Virus record (IMG/VR): IMGVR_UViG_3300037248_000049
Location: 810 to 64,809 of that record
Reading direction: 5' to 3' (one strand)
Length of the DNA stretch: 64,000 nt
From: a virus
Lineage: Duplodnaviria > Caudoviricetes
Of this stretch, positions 54,476-63,867 are shown in pieces. The translations under genes and the position numbers were made by a program. Every line of letters starts with the position of its first letter. Positions within the stretch are counted from its first letter, which is position 1. The notes beneath the pieces were generated by a model. That model was not told the DNA's origin. It searched no databases and was given only the letters and a program-made list of their open reading frames with translations.

Positions 54476-55333
54476 TCAACAGGGCTGAATGGTCAAAACG
54501 TCGTTCGCCGCCGCGACCACGGTCGCCGGGCTGGTCGTCGCCGTGGCGGACGAGCCGACGCCGTTCACCGTCAAGGTCGGCGCCGTGGTCAGCGACTGGC
54601 CGGCATTCGTGAGCAGCAATCCGGTGAGCGTCCCGGCGCCGGTCAGCGCGACGGTCACGAGCCCCGGATTGGGCGACCACAGGACCGCCGTGCCAGCGAT
54701 AAACGCCGGGTCGGTTTGGTCGGGAAACAGGTAGATCGGCGGCGCCGAGGTATAGCCGGCGCCTGCGGTGCGGATCGTTACCGTGCCGACGGCCCCCGAC
54801 GACAGCGCGCAAGTCGCCGTCGCCGCAATACCTGGGGCGGGAGGCGCCGGGATGACGACGATCGGCGCCTTCGTCCACCCCGAGCCGGCATTGAACCCGG
54901 TTCCGGTATTGGTCGTAAACGTCCCGAGCGCGCCGCCGACGATGGGCTGCCAGGTCGAGTTGCCGGTCCCTGCGGTTACGGTCGTCGAGCTTTGCGCGTA
55001 GCCGGTGCCGGCCACGCTCACAATGCCGGTGTACCAGCTGTCCGAAAGATTGATCACCCGGTAGTTGGCGCCGTCGCTGAAATATTCGGTCTGCCATGCG
55101 GCGCCGGGGCCAAGCAGGTTGACCCATTCGAGGCGCACCGGGTCGAACCACTGCAACGCGGAAACCGAGCCGGAGACGGAGAGTTGCCACTTGCCGCGCG
55201 GTACATACCACGCCTGCGCCGGCACCAGCGAAATCCGGTTGGTGCCGACCTGATACGGCTCGTTCGTAATGTTGAACGGGTAGACGAATTGCGGGAACGG
55301 CAGGTTGCCGACGCCAATGTCGCTCTGAGGCAT
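54476..55333 (-). CDS. Capsid decoration / minor structural protein
   Basis: Directly after the MCP; SDGANYRVIN; AG.GY repeats. Confidence 0.65.
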   Translation of the reverse strand: MPQSDIGVGNLPFPQFVYPFNITNEPYQVGTNRISLVPAQAWYVPRGKWQLSVSGSVSALQWFDPVRLEWVNLLGPGAAWQTEYFSDGANYRVINLSDSWYTGIVSVAGTGYAQSSTTVTAGTGNSTWQPIVGGALGTFTTNTGTGFNAGSGWTKAPIVVIPAPPAPGIAATATCALSSGAVGTVTIRTAGAGYTSAPPIYLFPDQTDPAFIAGTAVLWSPNPGLVTVALTGAGTLTGLLLTNAGQSLTTAPTLTVNGVGSSATATTSPATVVAAANDVLTIQPC

Positions 55334-55354
55334 TTAGGGGCTAGCTCCCGCTCA

Positions 55355-56410
55355 TCAAATCGGGTTGTTGAACGCCGGGTTGCCGACGCCGGTAACGATG
55401 GCGTTGGCGACGCATTTGCTCGTGACCTGGTTGTATCCCAGCACGACCACGCCCTGCTGGCCCATCTGGCCAAGCGGAATCAGCGGGTAGAACCCGGAGA
55501 AGTCGAAGGCGGCGTCCTCCGACATGTACATTTTGGTGTACTTGCTGTTTGGAAACAGCACCGTCCCCTGCGGGCAGAAGTGGTCGGCGAAGATCGGCAC
55601 GCCCGCGACGTTGAGGTTCGGGAACGACGACCGGACGGCGGTGGACATCGAATATTCGCGACCCGGCGTCACGAATTGCTGCTCGATCCCGATAAAGTCG
55701 GCATTCAATGTCGCGAGGTCGCCGGGGTTCATCAATCCGAACGTCGGCGGTTCGCCACCGGCCTTGTCGGTTGATTGCATGATCTGGTTGGACATCGTCG
55801 TCCGGGTGTAGCCGGAGGTTCCCGGCAGCCCGGTCCCGGTCGCGGCAACGTAATACTGGCCTTTCCACGACTGGTTGCCGGGCGCCAGCCGGTTGATACC
55901 GCCGTAGACCGTGACGTTCGTCCCGTCGTCGAAAGCGTCGATCATGCTGTTGGGCAGCAGCGTGTTGGTCTGCGTGTTGTTGTTCAGGAACATCAGGCGC
56001 GCGATGTTTTGCACCGTGACGTTCCACACGTCATTCATGCGCGCCTTGACGGTCGAGATCACCGTGTCGGTTGCCTGCAGCACCCGCTCGCCGAAGTACA
56101 ACGGAACCGGGACGACCCAGTAGACCAGCGGGAATTGCGCGTTCTGGATCGCCGGGATGATCTGCGGCGCGTTGAAGCCGCCCGCCGGGCCGGTGAACTG
56201 GCCCTGGACCATCGACTGACCCTGGATCGGGATCGTGATCTGCGAAAGACCGCCCGCTGCTTTTTCCGCGCCGCCCAAGAAGAAGAATAAACTTGGAGCG
56301 GCGTAATAAATTTGAACGAACAGAACGGGAACGAAAGCCCTCCGTACCACGGAAGTTAGTTCCAAATACAAGTTACCTGTTGGTACTACGCCCTGACCGG
56401 GAAGCGGCAT
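55355..56410 (-). CDS. Major capsid protein (HK97 fold)
   Basis: 351 aa after the scaffold; DDGTNVTVYGGINR..W, VAGVPIFADHFCP. Confidence 0.85.
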   Translation of the reverse strand: MPLPGQGVVPTGNLYLELTSVVRRAFVPVLFVQIYYAAPSLFFFLGGAEKAAGGLSQITIPIQGQSMVQGQFTGPAGGFNAPQIIPAIQNAQFPLVYWVVPVPLYFGERVLQATDTVISTVKARMNDVWNVTVQNIARLMFLNNNTQTNTLLPNSMIDAFDDGTNVTVYGGINRLAPGNQSWKGQYYVAATGTGLPGTSGYTRTTMSNQIMQSTDKAGGEPPTFGLMNPGDLATLNADFIGIEQQFVTPGREYSMSTAVRSSFPNLNVAGVPIFADHFCPQGTVLFPNSKYTKMYMSEDAAFDFSGFYPLIPLGQMGQQGVVVLGYNQVTSKCVANAIVTGVGNPAFNNPI

Positions 56411-56424
56411 AATTTACGTTCCTT

Positions 56425-57000
56425 TTACTGCCCGGTTGCGCGGAAGTCGGCGCGGGCCTTGTCGATCGCCTGACCGAGGAATTCGTCGTAGTTCTGGTCG
56501 AGCAGCAATTTCACGTCGGGCTGGTCTTTCTCGGCCCCGTCGAACCATCCGAAGCGGGAGGAGCCGTTCATGACCGGGGGCGGGGTCGGGTGCATCTTCT
56601 CGAAAAGCGCCAGGCCCGCCTCGTGGTCGACGATGTTGCGTTCGCCCATCAGCTTTTCGATTTCGCCGATCGCCTCGTCGGACACCCGCAACTCGCGCAG
56701 CTTCTGCTGGCCGCGCGACCACTGACGGTCCCAGTCGGCCTTGGTCTTTTTGTCCGCCTCCTCGGCCGCCTGCTTGGCGCGCTCGTCGCGGTCCTTCTGG
56801 ATGTCCTCGCGGAGCGCCTTCAGCTCGTCATGCAGCGGGTCGGCGGCGTCGAGCTCGGGAATGGCCTTGTCGGGATTGAGCGCCTTGTCGGCTTCGAGGA
56901 TTTTGCGCCGCGTCTTCGGGTTGTTGAGCGCGGTCTGCACAAAGCGCGAAAGCTGCTGGTACGTCGCCAGCTGGGCTTCGTCGACTTCGACCATCGGCAT
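56425..57000 (-). CDS. Scaffolding protein
   Basis: Charged coiled coil immediately upstream of the MCP. Confidence 0.7.
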   Translation of the reverse strand: MPMVEVDEAQLATYQQLSRFVQTALNNPKTRRKILEADKALNPDKAIPELDAADPLHDELKALREDIQKDRDERAKQAAEEADKKTKADWDRQWSRGQQKLRELRVSDEAIGEIEKLMGERNIVDHEAGLALFEKMHPTPPPVMNGSSRFGWFDGAEKDQPDVKLLLDQNYDEFLGQAIDKARADFRATGQ

Positions 57001-57006
57001 CGCGGA

Positions 57007-57177
57007 TTACCTCGTGGTGCCGGCGTTCGGGACGTGCCGGATCGCCATGTCGCCCTCTTTGTTGGGCGTCGGAATGTGGTCGGTGCGACCGCCGATCTGC
57101 GACTGCGTGAAGTCGATCTTCTTAATCTGCGAATCCGACTTCGGCATCCGCTGGGTATTGTCGCGAAAGATGTCCAC
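57007..57177 (-). CDS. Small hypothetical protein
   Basis: GGAG RBS; GTG start, 56 aa. Confidence 0.6.
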   Translation of the reverse strand: MDIFRDNTQRMPKSDSQIKKIDFTQSQIGGRTDHIPTPNKEGDMAIRHVPNAGTTR

Positions 57178-57191
57178 TGGGGCTCTCCGTC

Positions 57192-57623
57192 CTATGCGGC
57201 CATTGCGGGCGCGCCGCCGGCGGCCGGGGCGCCGCCTTGTCCGCCTTGCTGCTGTTGCCGCATTGCCTGCAGCCGCATCGCGTTCTGCCGCGCGGCAAGC
57301 TGCATCGCGTCCGCCTGGGTCTTCTCGACGCCCGGCGGCGCCGACTGCGGCTTGGCGTGTTTCGCGATCCGGTTGACCGCATCCGAAATCTCGCGCTGCT
57401 CGTCGGACCCGAACGGCAGCTTGGTGACAAGTTGGGAAATCTGGTGGGCGTGCATGCCGATGGCCATCAGGGCCATTTGCTCCGTCCCGCGATTCGCCAC
57501 TGGCGTCGTCGCCGGGTTTTGGCCGGAGGCCTGACCGGGCTGGGGAGACGCAGGGGCCGTTGGGGGAGGCTGCGGCGAGCCGCCGGGCGGCGGCGACCCC
57601 GGAGCCATCGGCATGTCAGGCAT
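57192..57623 (-). CDS. Pro/Gln-rich head-module protein
   Basis: Operonic; LPFGSDE motif. Confidence 0.7.
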   Translation of the reverse strand: MPDMPMAPGSPPPGGSPQPPPTAPASPQPGQASGQNPATTPVANRGTEQMALMAIGMHAHQISQLVTKLPFGSDEQREISDAVNRIAKHAKPQSAPPGVEKTQADAMQLAARQNAMRLQAMRQQQQGGQGGAPAAGGAPAMAA

Positions 57624-57625
57624 GT

Positions 57626-57682
57626 CTAGCGCCGCTTGTGACGGCGCTTGCCGCGATACCGCACGCCGGGCATCGTCAACAT
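57626..57682 (-). CDS. 18-aa Arg/Lys-rich peptide MLTMPGVRYRGKRRHKRR
   Basis: GGAG RBS 7 nt upstream; stop 2 nt before the next ATG. Confidence 0.55.
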   Translation of the reverse strand: MLTMPGVRYRGKRRHKRR

Positions 57683-57829
57683 GGCTCTTCTCCATCTCTC
57701 AGTTGCACACTGCCGGGAGCCCCCGCTAAAGCGGTGCGAGACGAGCCCGGACGGAGCAGCATTTGCGAGAGACCGGAGTTGCGCGCAATTCTATTGCGGT
57801 TGAATCGGTGTGACCGTACAATAAGGGAC

Positions 57830-58054
57830 ATGAGCGAGCCAAAGCCTGCGCCCGTTACTGAGCTGACCTCTCAGCAGCTTGCCGGTCAATTAAAGGTGAC
57901 GCCGCAGACGCTGTTGAACTGGCGCCATCGCGAGCAAGGGCCGCCTTACTACCGGATCGTCAACCGGATCGTCTATTACCAGCACGAGGTCGACGAATGG
58001 CGGGCTCAGACCCGCTGGGCTAAGCGGCCTTCTTGCGACCCCCGCCCTGAATAA
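57830..58054 (+). CDS. Excisionase/AlpA-like HTH regulator, antisense in the head module
   Basis: LTSQQLAGQLKVTPQTLLNWRHREQGPPY..IVYYQHEVDEW. Confidence 0.85.
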   Translation: MSEPKPAPVTELTSQQLAGQLKVTPQTLLNWRHREQGPPYYRIVNRIVYYQHEVDEWRAQTRWAKRPSCDPRPE

Positions 58055-59741
58055 CCTTCGCGAAGGCTTCCGGGTCTTCCTGCTCCAGCTTTTGTAGCTG
58101 CGCCTGCTGCTGCGCCATCCGCTCCTTGGCGCGCTGGATCAACAGGTCGCGGTTCGGCAGGTTCAGCATTTCCAGTGCCGAAATCGGGTCGAGAATCCCC
58201 GACTTCACCAGGAACGCAATCAGCTGAATGTGGTCGTCGTGGTAGATCGGCGACGACGAATGCGAGTCGACGCTGACGCGCCGCGACTTCGGCATCTGCG
58301 ACAACAGAAAGTCCGACCCTTCGTCGTTCGCGTCGGTCCAATAGACCGTCGTGCCCTTGGCCTGCAGGATCGCCAACGTCAGGTCGCCGGCTTTCGCGCA
58401 TTGCCGCTCGATCCAGAGCGAACGGTCGCGCAGCCGGGGCGAGCCGGTTTTGACCAAGGTGTCGGCGTGGACCCCCGCGCGCACCCCAGGCTCGCCGCCG
58501 CCCGACATGATGGGCGGGAAACCGGACACCCGCTCCATCAGAAACAGGATTTCGCGGATCAGCGGGATTGCGTTCTCCGGCATCTTCGGCGTCAGGTCCA
58601 CCGCGTTGCCGCCAGCCCCGAGGTTTACGAAACCCTGCGCCTTGTCCATCGCGTACTGCTCGGCATTGATGCCGTCGGCCCCCGAATAGGCGATGAACTT
58701 GTCGAATTGCTGCCCCATGATCTTGTTGATGTCGCTGAGGTGCGTCGTCAGCCACGCTTGAAGCTGCATCAGGTCGGCGATTTCGGAACGGCCCCAGAAA
58801 TACCCCGGCTCGAAATTCGCCTGGATCATCTGGTACGGATGATACCCCGGCACGCACAGGTTGGTCGGCCTGCCAAAAGGCGAGATCAGGATGTCGGGCC
58901 GCATCCACAGCATCGTCGTGTAGTCGTCGGTGTCGTCGTCGTGGACCCAAATCTCCTCCATCGGGTAGAGGTCGATGTCCACTTGCGGGCCGGCATTCGG
59001 GTAGTTGTTGCCGCCGCCGGTCTGAACCCAGCCGCCGGGTCGCGGCTGCCCGGCCGCCGCCGGGGAAAGCTCGAGGGTGGCCGTCGAGAGAACCTGGTGC
59101 ATGAAGGAGGTCGGCGGCGACACCCCGGCCTGCTTTTCCGAATTGGCCTTAATGCGCTTCAACAGCTTGTCCGCGTCCGGCAGGTGCCTGATCCGGCGCC
59201 ATACCTCCCATTCGTTCAGCATCATCGTCTCGACAAAGGCTTCCTGCTTGTCGAGGTCGTTGACCGTCTCGTCCATGACGCCAAACATCTGCGGCATCAC
59301 CAGGCGAGCGCCGTGCATCTCGGCATTGCCGTCGGCGTCCCGCCCGACGAGCTGCTTCAAGAAGCATGCACCGTAGTCGACCGCCGGCTTCACGGCGGCG
59401 CCGAACAACAGGTCGATGTTGCCGTTCTTCCATTCGTCAGTGACGGCTCGGGCGCAGACCTGCCCGCGCTCCAACCACTCGCGTCTCAATCGCTCCTCGA
59501 ACGGGACGGCGAAGTTCAGCTCGAACGGGCTGAACAGGTAGGCGGCGAGGCGATCGGTATGGCTGTACAGCATGTTGGCGAGCGCCAGCCCGCCCGCCCC
59601 GTCGTCCGACGCCCAGCCGCGCTCGATCCACTGGCCGTAAATCCGATAGGCCGACTCGCGGTGGCCGCGCGACGCCTGGCATTTGGTGACGATCATCTCG
59701 GCGAGCTTGGCGCGCGCCTGTTGACCGCGCGGGATGATCAT
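58020..59741 (-). CDS. Portal protein
   Basis: About 570 aa; PGYFWGRSEIADL; position between TerL and scaffold. Confidence 0.82.
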   Translation of the reverse strand: MIIPRGQQARAKLAEMIVTKCQASRGHRESAYRIYGQWIERGWASDDGAGGLALANMLYSHTDRLAAYLFSPFELNFAVPFEERLRREWLERGQVCARAVTDEWKNGNIDLLFGAAVKPAVDYGACFLKQLVGRDADGNAEMHGARLVMPQMFGVMDETVNDLDKQEAFVETMMLNEWEVWRRIRHLPDADKLLKRIKANSEKQAGVSPPTSFMHQVLSTATLELSPAAAGQPRPGGWVQTGGGNNYPNAGPQVDIDLYPMEEIWVHDDDTDDYTTMLWMRPDILISPFGRPTNLCVPGYHPYQMIQANFEPGYFWGRSEIADLMQLQAWLTTHLSDINKIMGQQFDKFIAYSGADGINAEQYAMDKAQGFVNLGAGGNAVDLTPKMPENAIPLIREILFLMERVSGFPPIMSGGGEPGVRAGVHADTLVKTGSPRLRDRSLWIERQCAKAGDLTLAILQAKGTTVYWTDANDEGSDFLLSQMPKSRRVSVDSHSSSPIYHDDHIQLIAFLVKSGILDPISALEMLNLPNRDLLIQRAKERMAQQQAQLQKLEQEDPEAFAKVIQGGGRKKAA

Positions 59742-60271
59742 CGGTTCATCCTGCCGGCCGACACCAGCCTGTCGGCGACCCGCGCATGGTTCGGCATGAT
59801 GGCGGTGCTGTGCGTCAGCGCCCCGGCGTCGGGCCGGCCGAGCGCATATTGAGCGCCCGGCTGCTGGGTATTGAACCCGACCATGTTCGGGTGCTGTTGC
59901 ATGACCTGCGCGACTGCGTTGCCGGGCGGCATGATGGCGGCGGTGTCGCCCTCGCGCATCTCGCCGGCCTCGCGCATGTTGGTGATCTTGATGTGCGACA
60001 TCTCGACATCCGGCACCCCGGCAACCGATGCAGCCTCCTTGGCGCGCTGGATCGAGGACGCCTCCATTTGCCGGTAGAGCTTGTGCTCGGATGCCACCAG
60101 GGCGCTCTTGCGGATACCCGGCGCCTTTGGGACAAAGGCCGGCGCTGCATTGTCGTCCAGCACGGCCCCGCACAGTTGGCAGCAGTCGGGCGGCGGCGAA
60201 TCGGAAAGGGCGTGGAAGAACTTGAAAATGCCGTTGCACGCCGAGCAGTGGTAGTGCTGGAATTTAGCCAT
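59738..60271 (-). CDS. FmdB-like zinc-ribbon protein
   Basis: YHCSACNGIF..CQLCG. Confidence 0.75.
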   Translation of the reverse strand: MAKFQHYHCSACNGIFKFFHALSDSPPPDCCQLCGAVLDDNAAPAFVPKAPGIRKSALVASEHKLYRQMEASSIQRAKEAASVAGVPDVEMSHIKITNMREAGEMREGDTAAIMPPGNAVAQVMQQHPNMVGFNTQQPGAQYALGRPDAGALTHSTAIMPNHARVADRLVSAGRMNR

Positions 60272-60518
60272 CGACCCACGCCTTCACTACGCGCGCTTGC
60301 AAAAGGGTCGCCCCCGCGACCATGTCGTGTCGATCGGCGACGCCGGCATTCCAGCCGCTCACAAGGCTGTCGTTGGCGCGAACCAGGAAGTATCCGAACC
60401 CTTTGATTTCGCGGCGGCGCGCTTGACTCAGAAGGGCGCGGAGATTGCTCACCATTTCAGCGTCAGGCTCTGTAATAGGGCCTGCCTCAAAAAGCCGATG
60501 CACCTTGGATTTCGCCAT
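60264..60518 (-). CDS. Hypothetical protein
   Basis: Coupled ORF. Confidence 0.6.
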   Translation of the reverse strand: MAKSKVHRLFEAGPITEPDAEMVSNLRALLSQARRREIKGFGYFLVRANDSLVSGWNAGVADRHDMVAGATLLQARVVKAWVDG

Positions 60519-60766
60519 CACAGAGACTCCACCGGCATAAAGGCTTGCGGATTTGCCCACCACGTTACCTCGCAACCGCAATCAAAGTCCCCGTCAGGCC
60601 ACTCTTGCCAATTGGAAACCTGAGAATTCCAACTCGCCATCCTCAGCTTCCCCAACCACACAACAAACAGCGGGACATCTTCCGGGGGACGAACCTCATG
60701 GGGTTGGAACCAGTGTATCGTTCTAACAATACTAAGGGCCTGAAATTCTATAGGCTTTGATATCAT
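60518..60766 (-). CDS. Hypothetical protein (lower GC)
   Basis: Trp-rich, DUF551-like ending EVTWWA. Confidence 0.55.
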   Translation of the reverse strand: MISKPIEFQALSIVRTIHWFQPHEVRPPEDVPLFVVWLGKLRMASWNSQVSNWQEWPDGDFDCGCEVTWWANPQAFMPVESL

Positions 60767-60778
60767 TCACCGCATCCT

Positions 60779-61036
60779 TTAGCCATTAGAATCCCCGCCT
60801 CTTAACGCGGCAACTTTCTCATCGTTTTCAGATATAGATATCCTCTCGATTTGCGCCGAGAACCCGCCTCCACCACGCTCCCATACCAAAAAATCCGCCT
60901 CGTCGGGCGCGTCTTCAATCCTGACAATCTGAAGGTGCCCATTCACCAAGGCCACCTTCTGATAATTAAGCTGCCTCTTGATTTGGGCAATCTCTTCCGG
61001 CGTCATCTTCCTAAGATCGCAATCTCTAATCATCAC
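60779..61036 (-). CDS. Hypothetical protein (lower GC)
   Basis: GTGA coupling to the TerL stop. Confidence 0.55.
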   Translation of the reverse strand: MMIRDCDLRKMTPEEIAQIKRQLNYQKVALVNGHLQIVRIEDAPDEADFLVWERGGGGFSAQIERISISENDEKVAALRGGDSNG

Positions 61037-63018
61037 CGCATCCTGAAGCCGTGGCGCTGCAATGACGCCAGCCGCGCCGCCTGTCTGCCCGCAGCCTTAC
61101 GCTTGAACATGTCCTCAAGCAAATTCTTCTGAAACAGCGCCATCATGTCCACTGGCGAGCCGGCACGCCGGATGCGGTCGGATTCGCGGGTCCGGTTCGT
61201 CCTGTTGAGGTCGCGCCGCAGCCGTTCCTCCCACGCCCGCACACCAAAGGCCAATGCCGAATTGCGGTCGTCGCGCTTGCCCGACGGCGCGCCGATCTTG
61301 TCGCCCTCGCGGGCGATCGTCTTCATCTCCTCCAGCGCGTCATACGACCGGACCAGCACCGTGTCGTTATGAAAATATCCGCGCAGGCCGTCCATCATCT
61401 GCACCTTCAGCTGGCCAGAGGTCTTCCACCACCAATTATGCCCGGTGCTCATCGAATCCGACCGGCTGTAGACGTAGTTCTTGCCATTGTGGAAGATGTT
61501 GTTGATCCCGGCTTCCCTCGCAGCCGAGCGCATGTAGCCGTCTCGCAACAGGGTGCGTGTCACGTTGTACTGCCGCAACACCTCTTCGCCCGAACCGTTC
61601 AATTCGCAAATGCAGACCACCTGGCTCTGGTGCGCCGAGCCGTACCACCCGACCAGCGTCCACAGCAGCCACGCGAACTGATGCGGCTCGATGATGGCCG
61701 AGGTGTACTCGGCAACCTGCTCGACCGCGTCGGCATAGCAGCGCAGCACCTGAGCGCACGAATTGTTGTTGAACTCGTTGCGCCCATAGGCGGGGTCGCC
61801 CGACACGACGTAGCAGCCGTCGGAAACCGGGTCTTCCCAGACTTTCAGCTCGACCTCTTTCCAGGTCTTCGACGGCTGCACGTCGCAACTGATGATCGAA
61901 TCTCCCGGCCAGAACCGATAGGGCCGGTATTTGATGCTCTTCGCCGCCTGGCTCGCGACCGTGAGCTTGTCGGCGCGGAAAAACGGCGCGCCGGACTGCT
62001 GAAAGGCCTCATCGGCAGTCCACGGCTGATCCTGTATCTGATATCCGTCGGCAGGCTCATCCTCCTCCCGCTCGCGCGACGGGTCGATGTAGCGGCGGTA
62101 CCAAGCAAGTTGCTCCAGATCGACTTCAAAACCGTATAATTCCTTGACGGCCTTGATACGCCTCAACTCCGCCTCGGTCGGCGGATCGGCGCCGTAGACC
62201 TTCCACTGCGGCGTGCCGCGCAGAATTCGCTGGTCGTCCTTGGCCCACCATCCGGCGAAGTAGGCTATTTCCTCCAACTCGTTGTTGACGGCATCCATCC
62301 ACTCGTCATGCCAGATGTTGAACGAGCGAGCGGTGGACTCCTCGATGTAGACGCGGTCAGGATTGGTCTGCGACAGGGCGTTTTTTAGCGAAACCAACCC
62401 TTCCGTATTCTGCCACGAGCACAACTCGCTTCCCCACAGCAGATTAAGGCCGGACGCCCGCCCAAGAGTCCCGGAGCTTGATGTCTCACGCACCCCGGCC
62501 GACATGAACAGCAATTGGCTTTGATTTTCTAGTGTCAAGCCATCCCTATTGTCGGCCACGACGCGGGGAAATTTGTAGTTGGCAGGTAGATTGTCGATCA
62601 GGGTCTTGATCCGCCTGCGCGCAGCCGCCGTATGCGGCCCGGTATCGAAGACCACGCCACCTTGCGTACCGTCAAAGACGCCAATCCAAAACGTTACGAT
62701 CAATTCGACGATCGTCGATATGCCTAGCTGTCGGCTTTTCAGGCATTTAATAGTGTGTTTGTCTTCAGCTAAGCCGTCAAACAGGCGGCGGACAAACTGT
62801 TTTTGGCCCCAATACAAGCCCTTGACGATCGGGTAGTTGCCGCCCTTTTCCTTGGAATTGATGCGGACGTGCCCGGCGAATTCCCAGAAGGCCTTCTCGA
62901 AAGCCGCGACCTTCTGGGGGTTCCAGCCGAGGTTGACCTCCTCGGGCTCAGGGGCGGCAATCCTGCGGCGCGAGGCGGCGCCGGGGCGGGAGGGCGTCAG
63001 GTCTTTCTTAGAAAGCAC
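61033..63018 (-). CDS. terL: Terminase large subunit
   Basis: LKSRQLGIST Walker A, LLWGSE Walker B, EESTA coupling motif, VSGDPAYG and RDDR nuclease acidic residues. Confidence 0.92.
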   Translation of the reverse strand: MLSKKDLTPSRPGAASRRRIAAPEPEEVNLGWNPQKVAAFEKAFWEFAGHVRINSKEKGGNYPIVKGLYWGQKQFVRRLFDGLAEDKHTIKCLKSRQLGISTIVELIVTFWIGVFDGTQGGVVFDTGPHTAAARRRIKTLIDNLPANYKFPRVVADNRDGLTLENQSQLLFMSAGVRETSSSGTLGRASGLNLLWGSELCSWQNTEGLVSLKNALSQTNPDRVYIEESTARSFNIWHDEWMDAVNNELEEIAYFAGWWAKDDQRILRGTPQWKVYGADPPTEAELRRIKAVKELYGFEVDLEQLAWYRRYIDPSREREEDEPADGYQIQDQPWTADEAFQQSGAPFFRADKLTVASQAAKSIKYRPYRFWPGDSIISCDVQPSKTWKEVELKVWEDPVSDGCYVVSGDPAYGRNEFNNNSCAQVLRCYADAVEQVAEYTSAIIEPHQFAWLLWTLVGWYGSAHQSQVVCICELNGSGEEVLRQYNVTRTLLRDGYMRSAAREAGINNIFHNGKNYVYSRSDSMSTGHNWWWKTSGQLKVQMMDGLRGYFHNDTVLVRSYDALEEMKTIAREGDKIGAPSGKRDDRNSALAFGVRAWEERLRRDLNRTNRTRESDRIRRAGSPVDMMALFQKNLLEDMFKRKAAGRQAARLASLQRHGFRMR

Positions 63019-63027
63019 ATATGCTGT

Positions 63028-63264
63028 TTAGGCACACCACCGCGCAAAATCAATATCTAGCGTCTTGAGAACCGCAGCCGCGCAACCAGCGGCGTCGTCA
63101 CAATTGCCCTCGGCGATAGCCTTAAGCACCGCTTTATGAAGATCGTCCTCGCGGGTGTGCGCCGCTTCGTTATCACCGCTTATTGTTCGGATGGCATCCA
63201 CTTCCGAAACGCACCATTCTACCGTTACCTTTTGAGGTAACTTCATTCCAGCCAGCCTGATCAT
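63028..63264 (-). CDS. Hypothetical phage protein
   Basis: GDNEAAHTREDDLH..FARWCA motif. Confidence 0.7.
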   Translation of the reverse strand: MIRLAGMKLPQKVTVEWCVSEVDAIRTISGDNEAAHTREDDLHKAVLKAIAEGNCDDAAGCAAAVLKTLDIDFARWCA

Positions 63265-63503
63265 CGGTATTGTCCAAACACTGGGGCCGCTGCCTTCTGG
63301 GCGAAGTCGGTGGCGGCAATCTCGATCTTGCTCTTCGCCGTGGACCAGAACACCACTTCGTCGCGCGTGCCCTGCATCATCAGCGTAATCTCGGTGCCGT
63401 CCGGCGCCACCAGGACAAGCGCGCCGTTGAAGTCGGCGGGCTCAATCGCGCGAATGCGCTCGGCCATGCGGGTAAAGGCGTCGGCAAGGTCAGCCACCGC
63501 CAT
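63261..63503 (-). CDS. Hypothetical protein
   Basis: ATGA coupling. Confidence 0.65.
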   Translation of the reverse strand: MAVADLADAFTRMAERIRAIEPADFNGALVLVAPDGTEITLMMQGTRDEVVFWSTAKSKIEIAATDFAQKAAAPVFGQYR

Positions 63504-63867
63504 ACCTGTGCGGATGACTGGGGTTCTGCCGCAGGCCGCGCAGCGCCGACCCTACCGACGCCGAATTCATGATCTTGTCCGCGTGCTCGGCCGTGACCCC
63601 GGCGTAGACGCTGTGGCGGCCGTTGTTGGCCCAGATGACGTGCAGCTCGCCGGATACCGGGTCATGCCCTATCTGCGATACGGTCTGGGACCACGGCGAC
63701 CGCCACTCGACAGCTCCGGCGCTGTCCGGGGCGGCCAGTTGTCCCGCGTCGACGGGACCGTCAGCGCCGGGTTGAACGGCATCGCCGCCATCGGCTCCGG
63801 CTCCTCCGGCATCGGCTCGGCCGGCATCGGAACCGGCGCCGCCCTGGGCATCTCGCCTTCCATCCAT
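63490..63867 (-). CDS. KTSC-domain protein (start uncertain)
   Basis: SQTVSQIGHDPVSGELHVIW..YAGV..SASVGS. Confidence 0.7.
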   Translation of the reverse strand: MDGRRDAQGGAGSDAGRADAGGAGADGGDAVQPGADGPVDAGQLAAPDSAGAVEWRSPWSQTVSQIGHDPVSGELHVIWANNGRHSVYAGVTAEHADKIMNSASVGSALRGLRQNPSHPHRYGGG

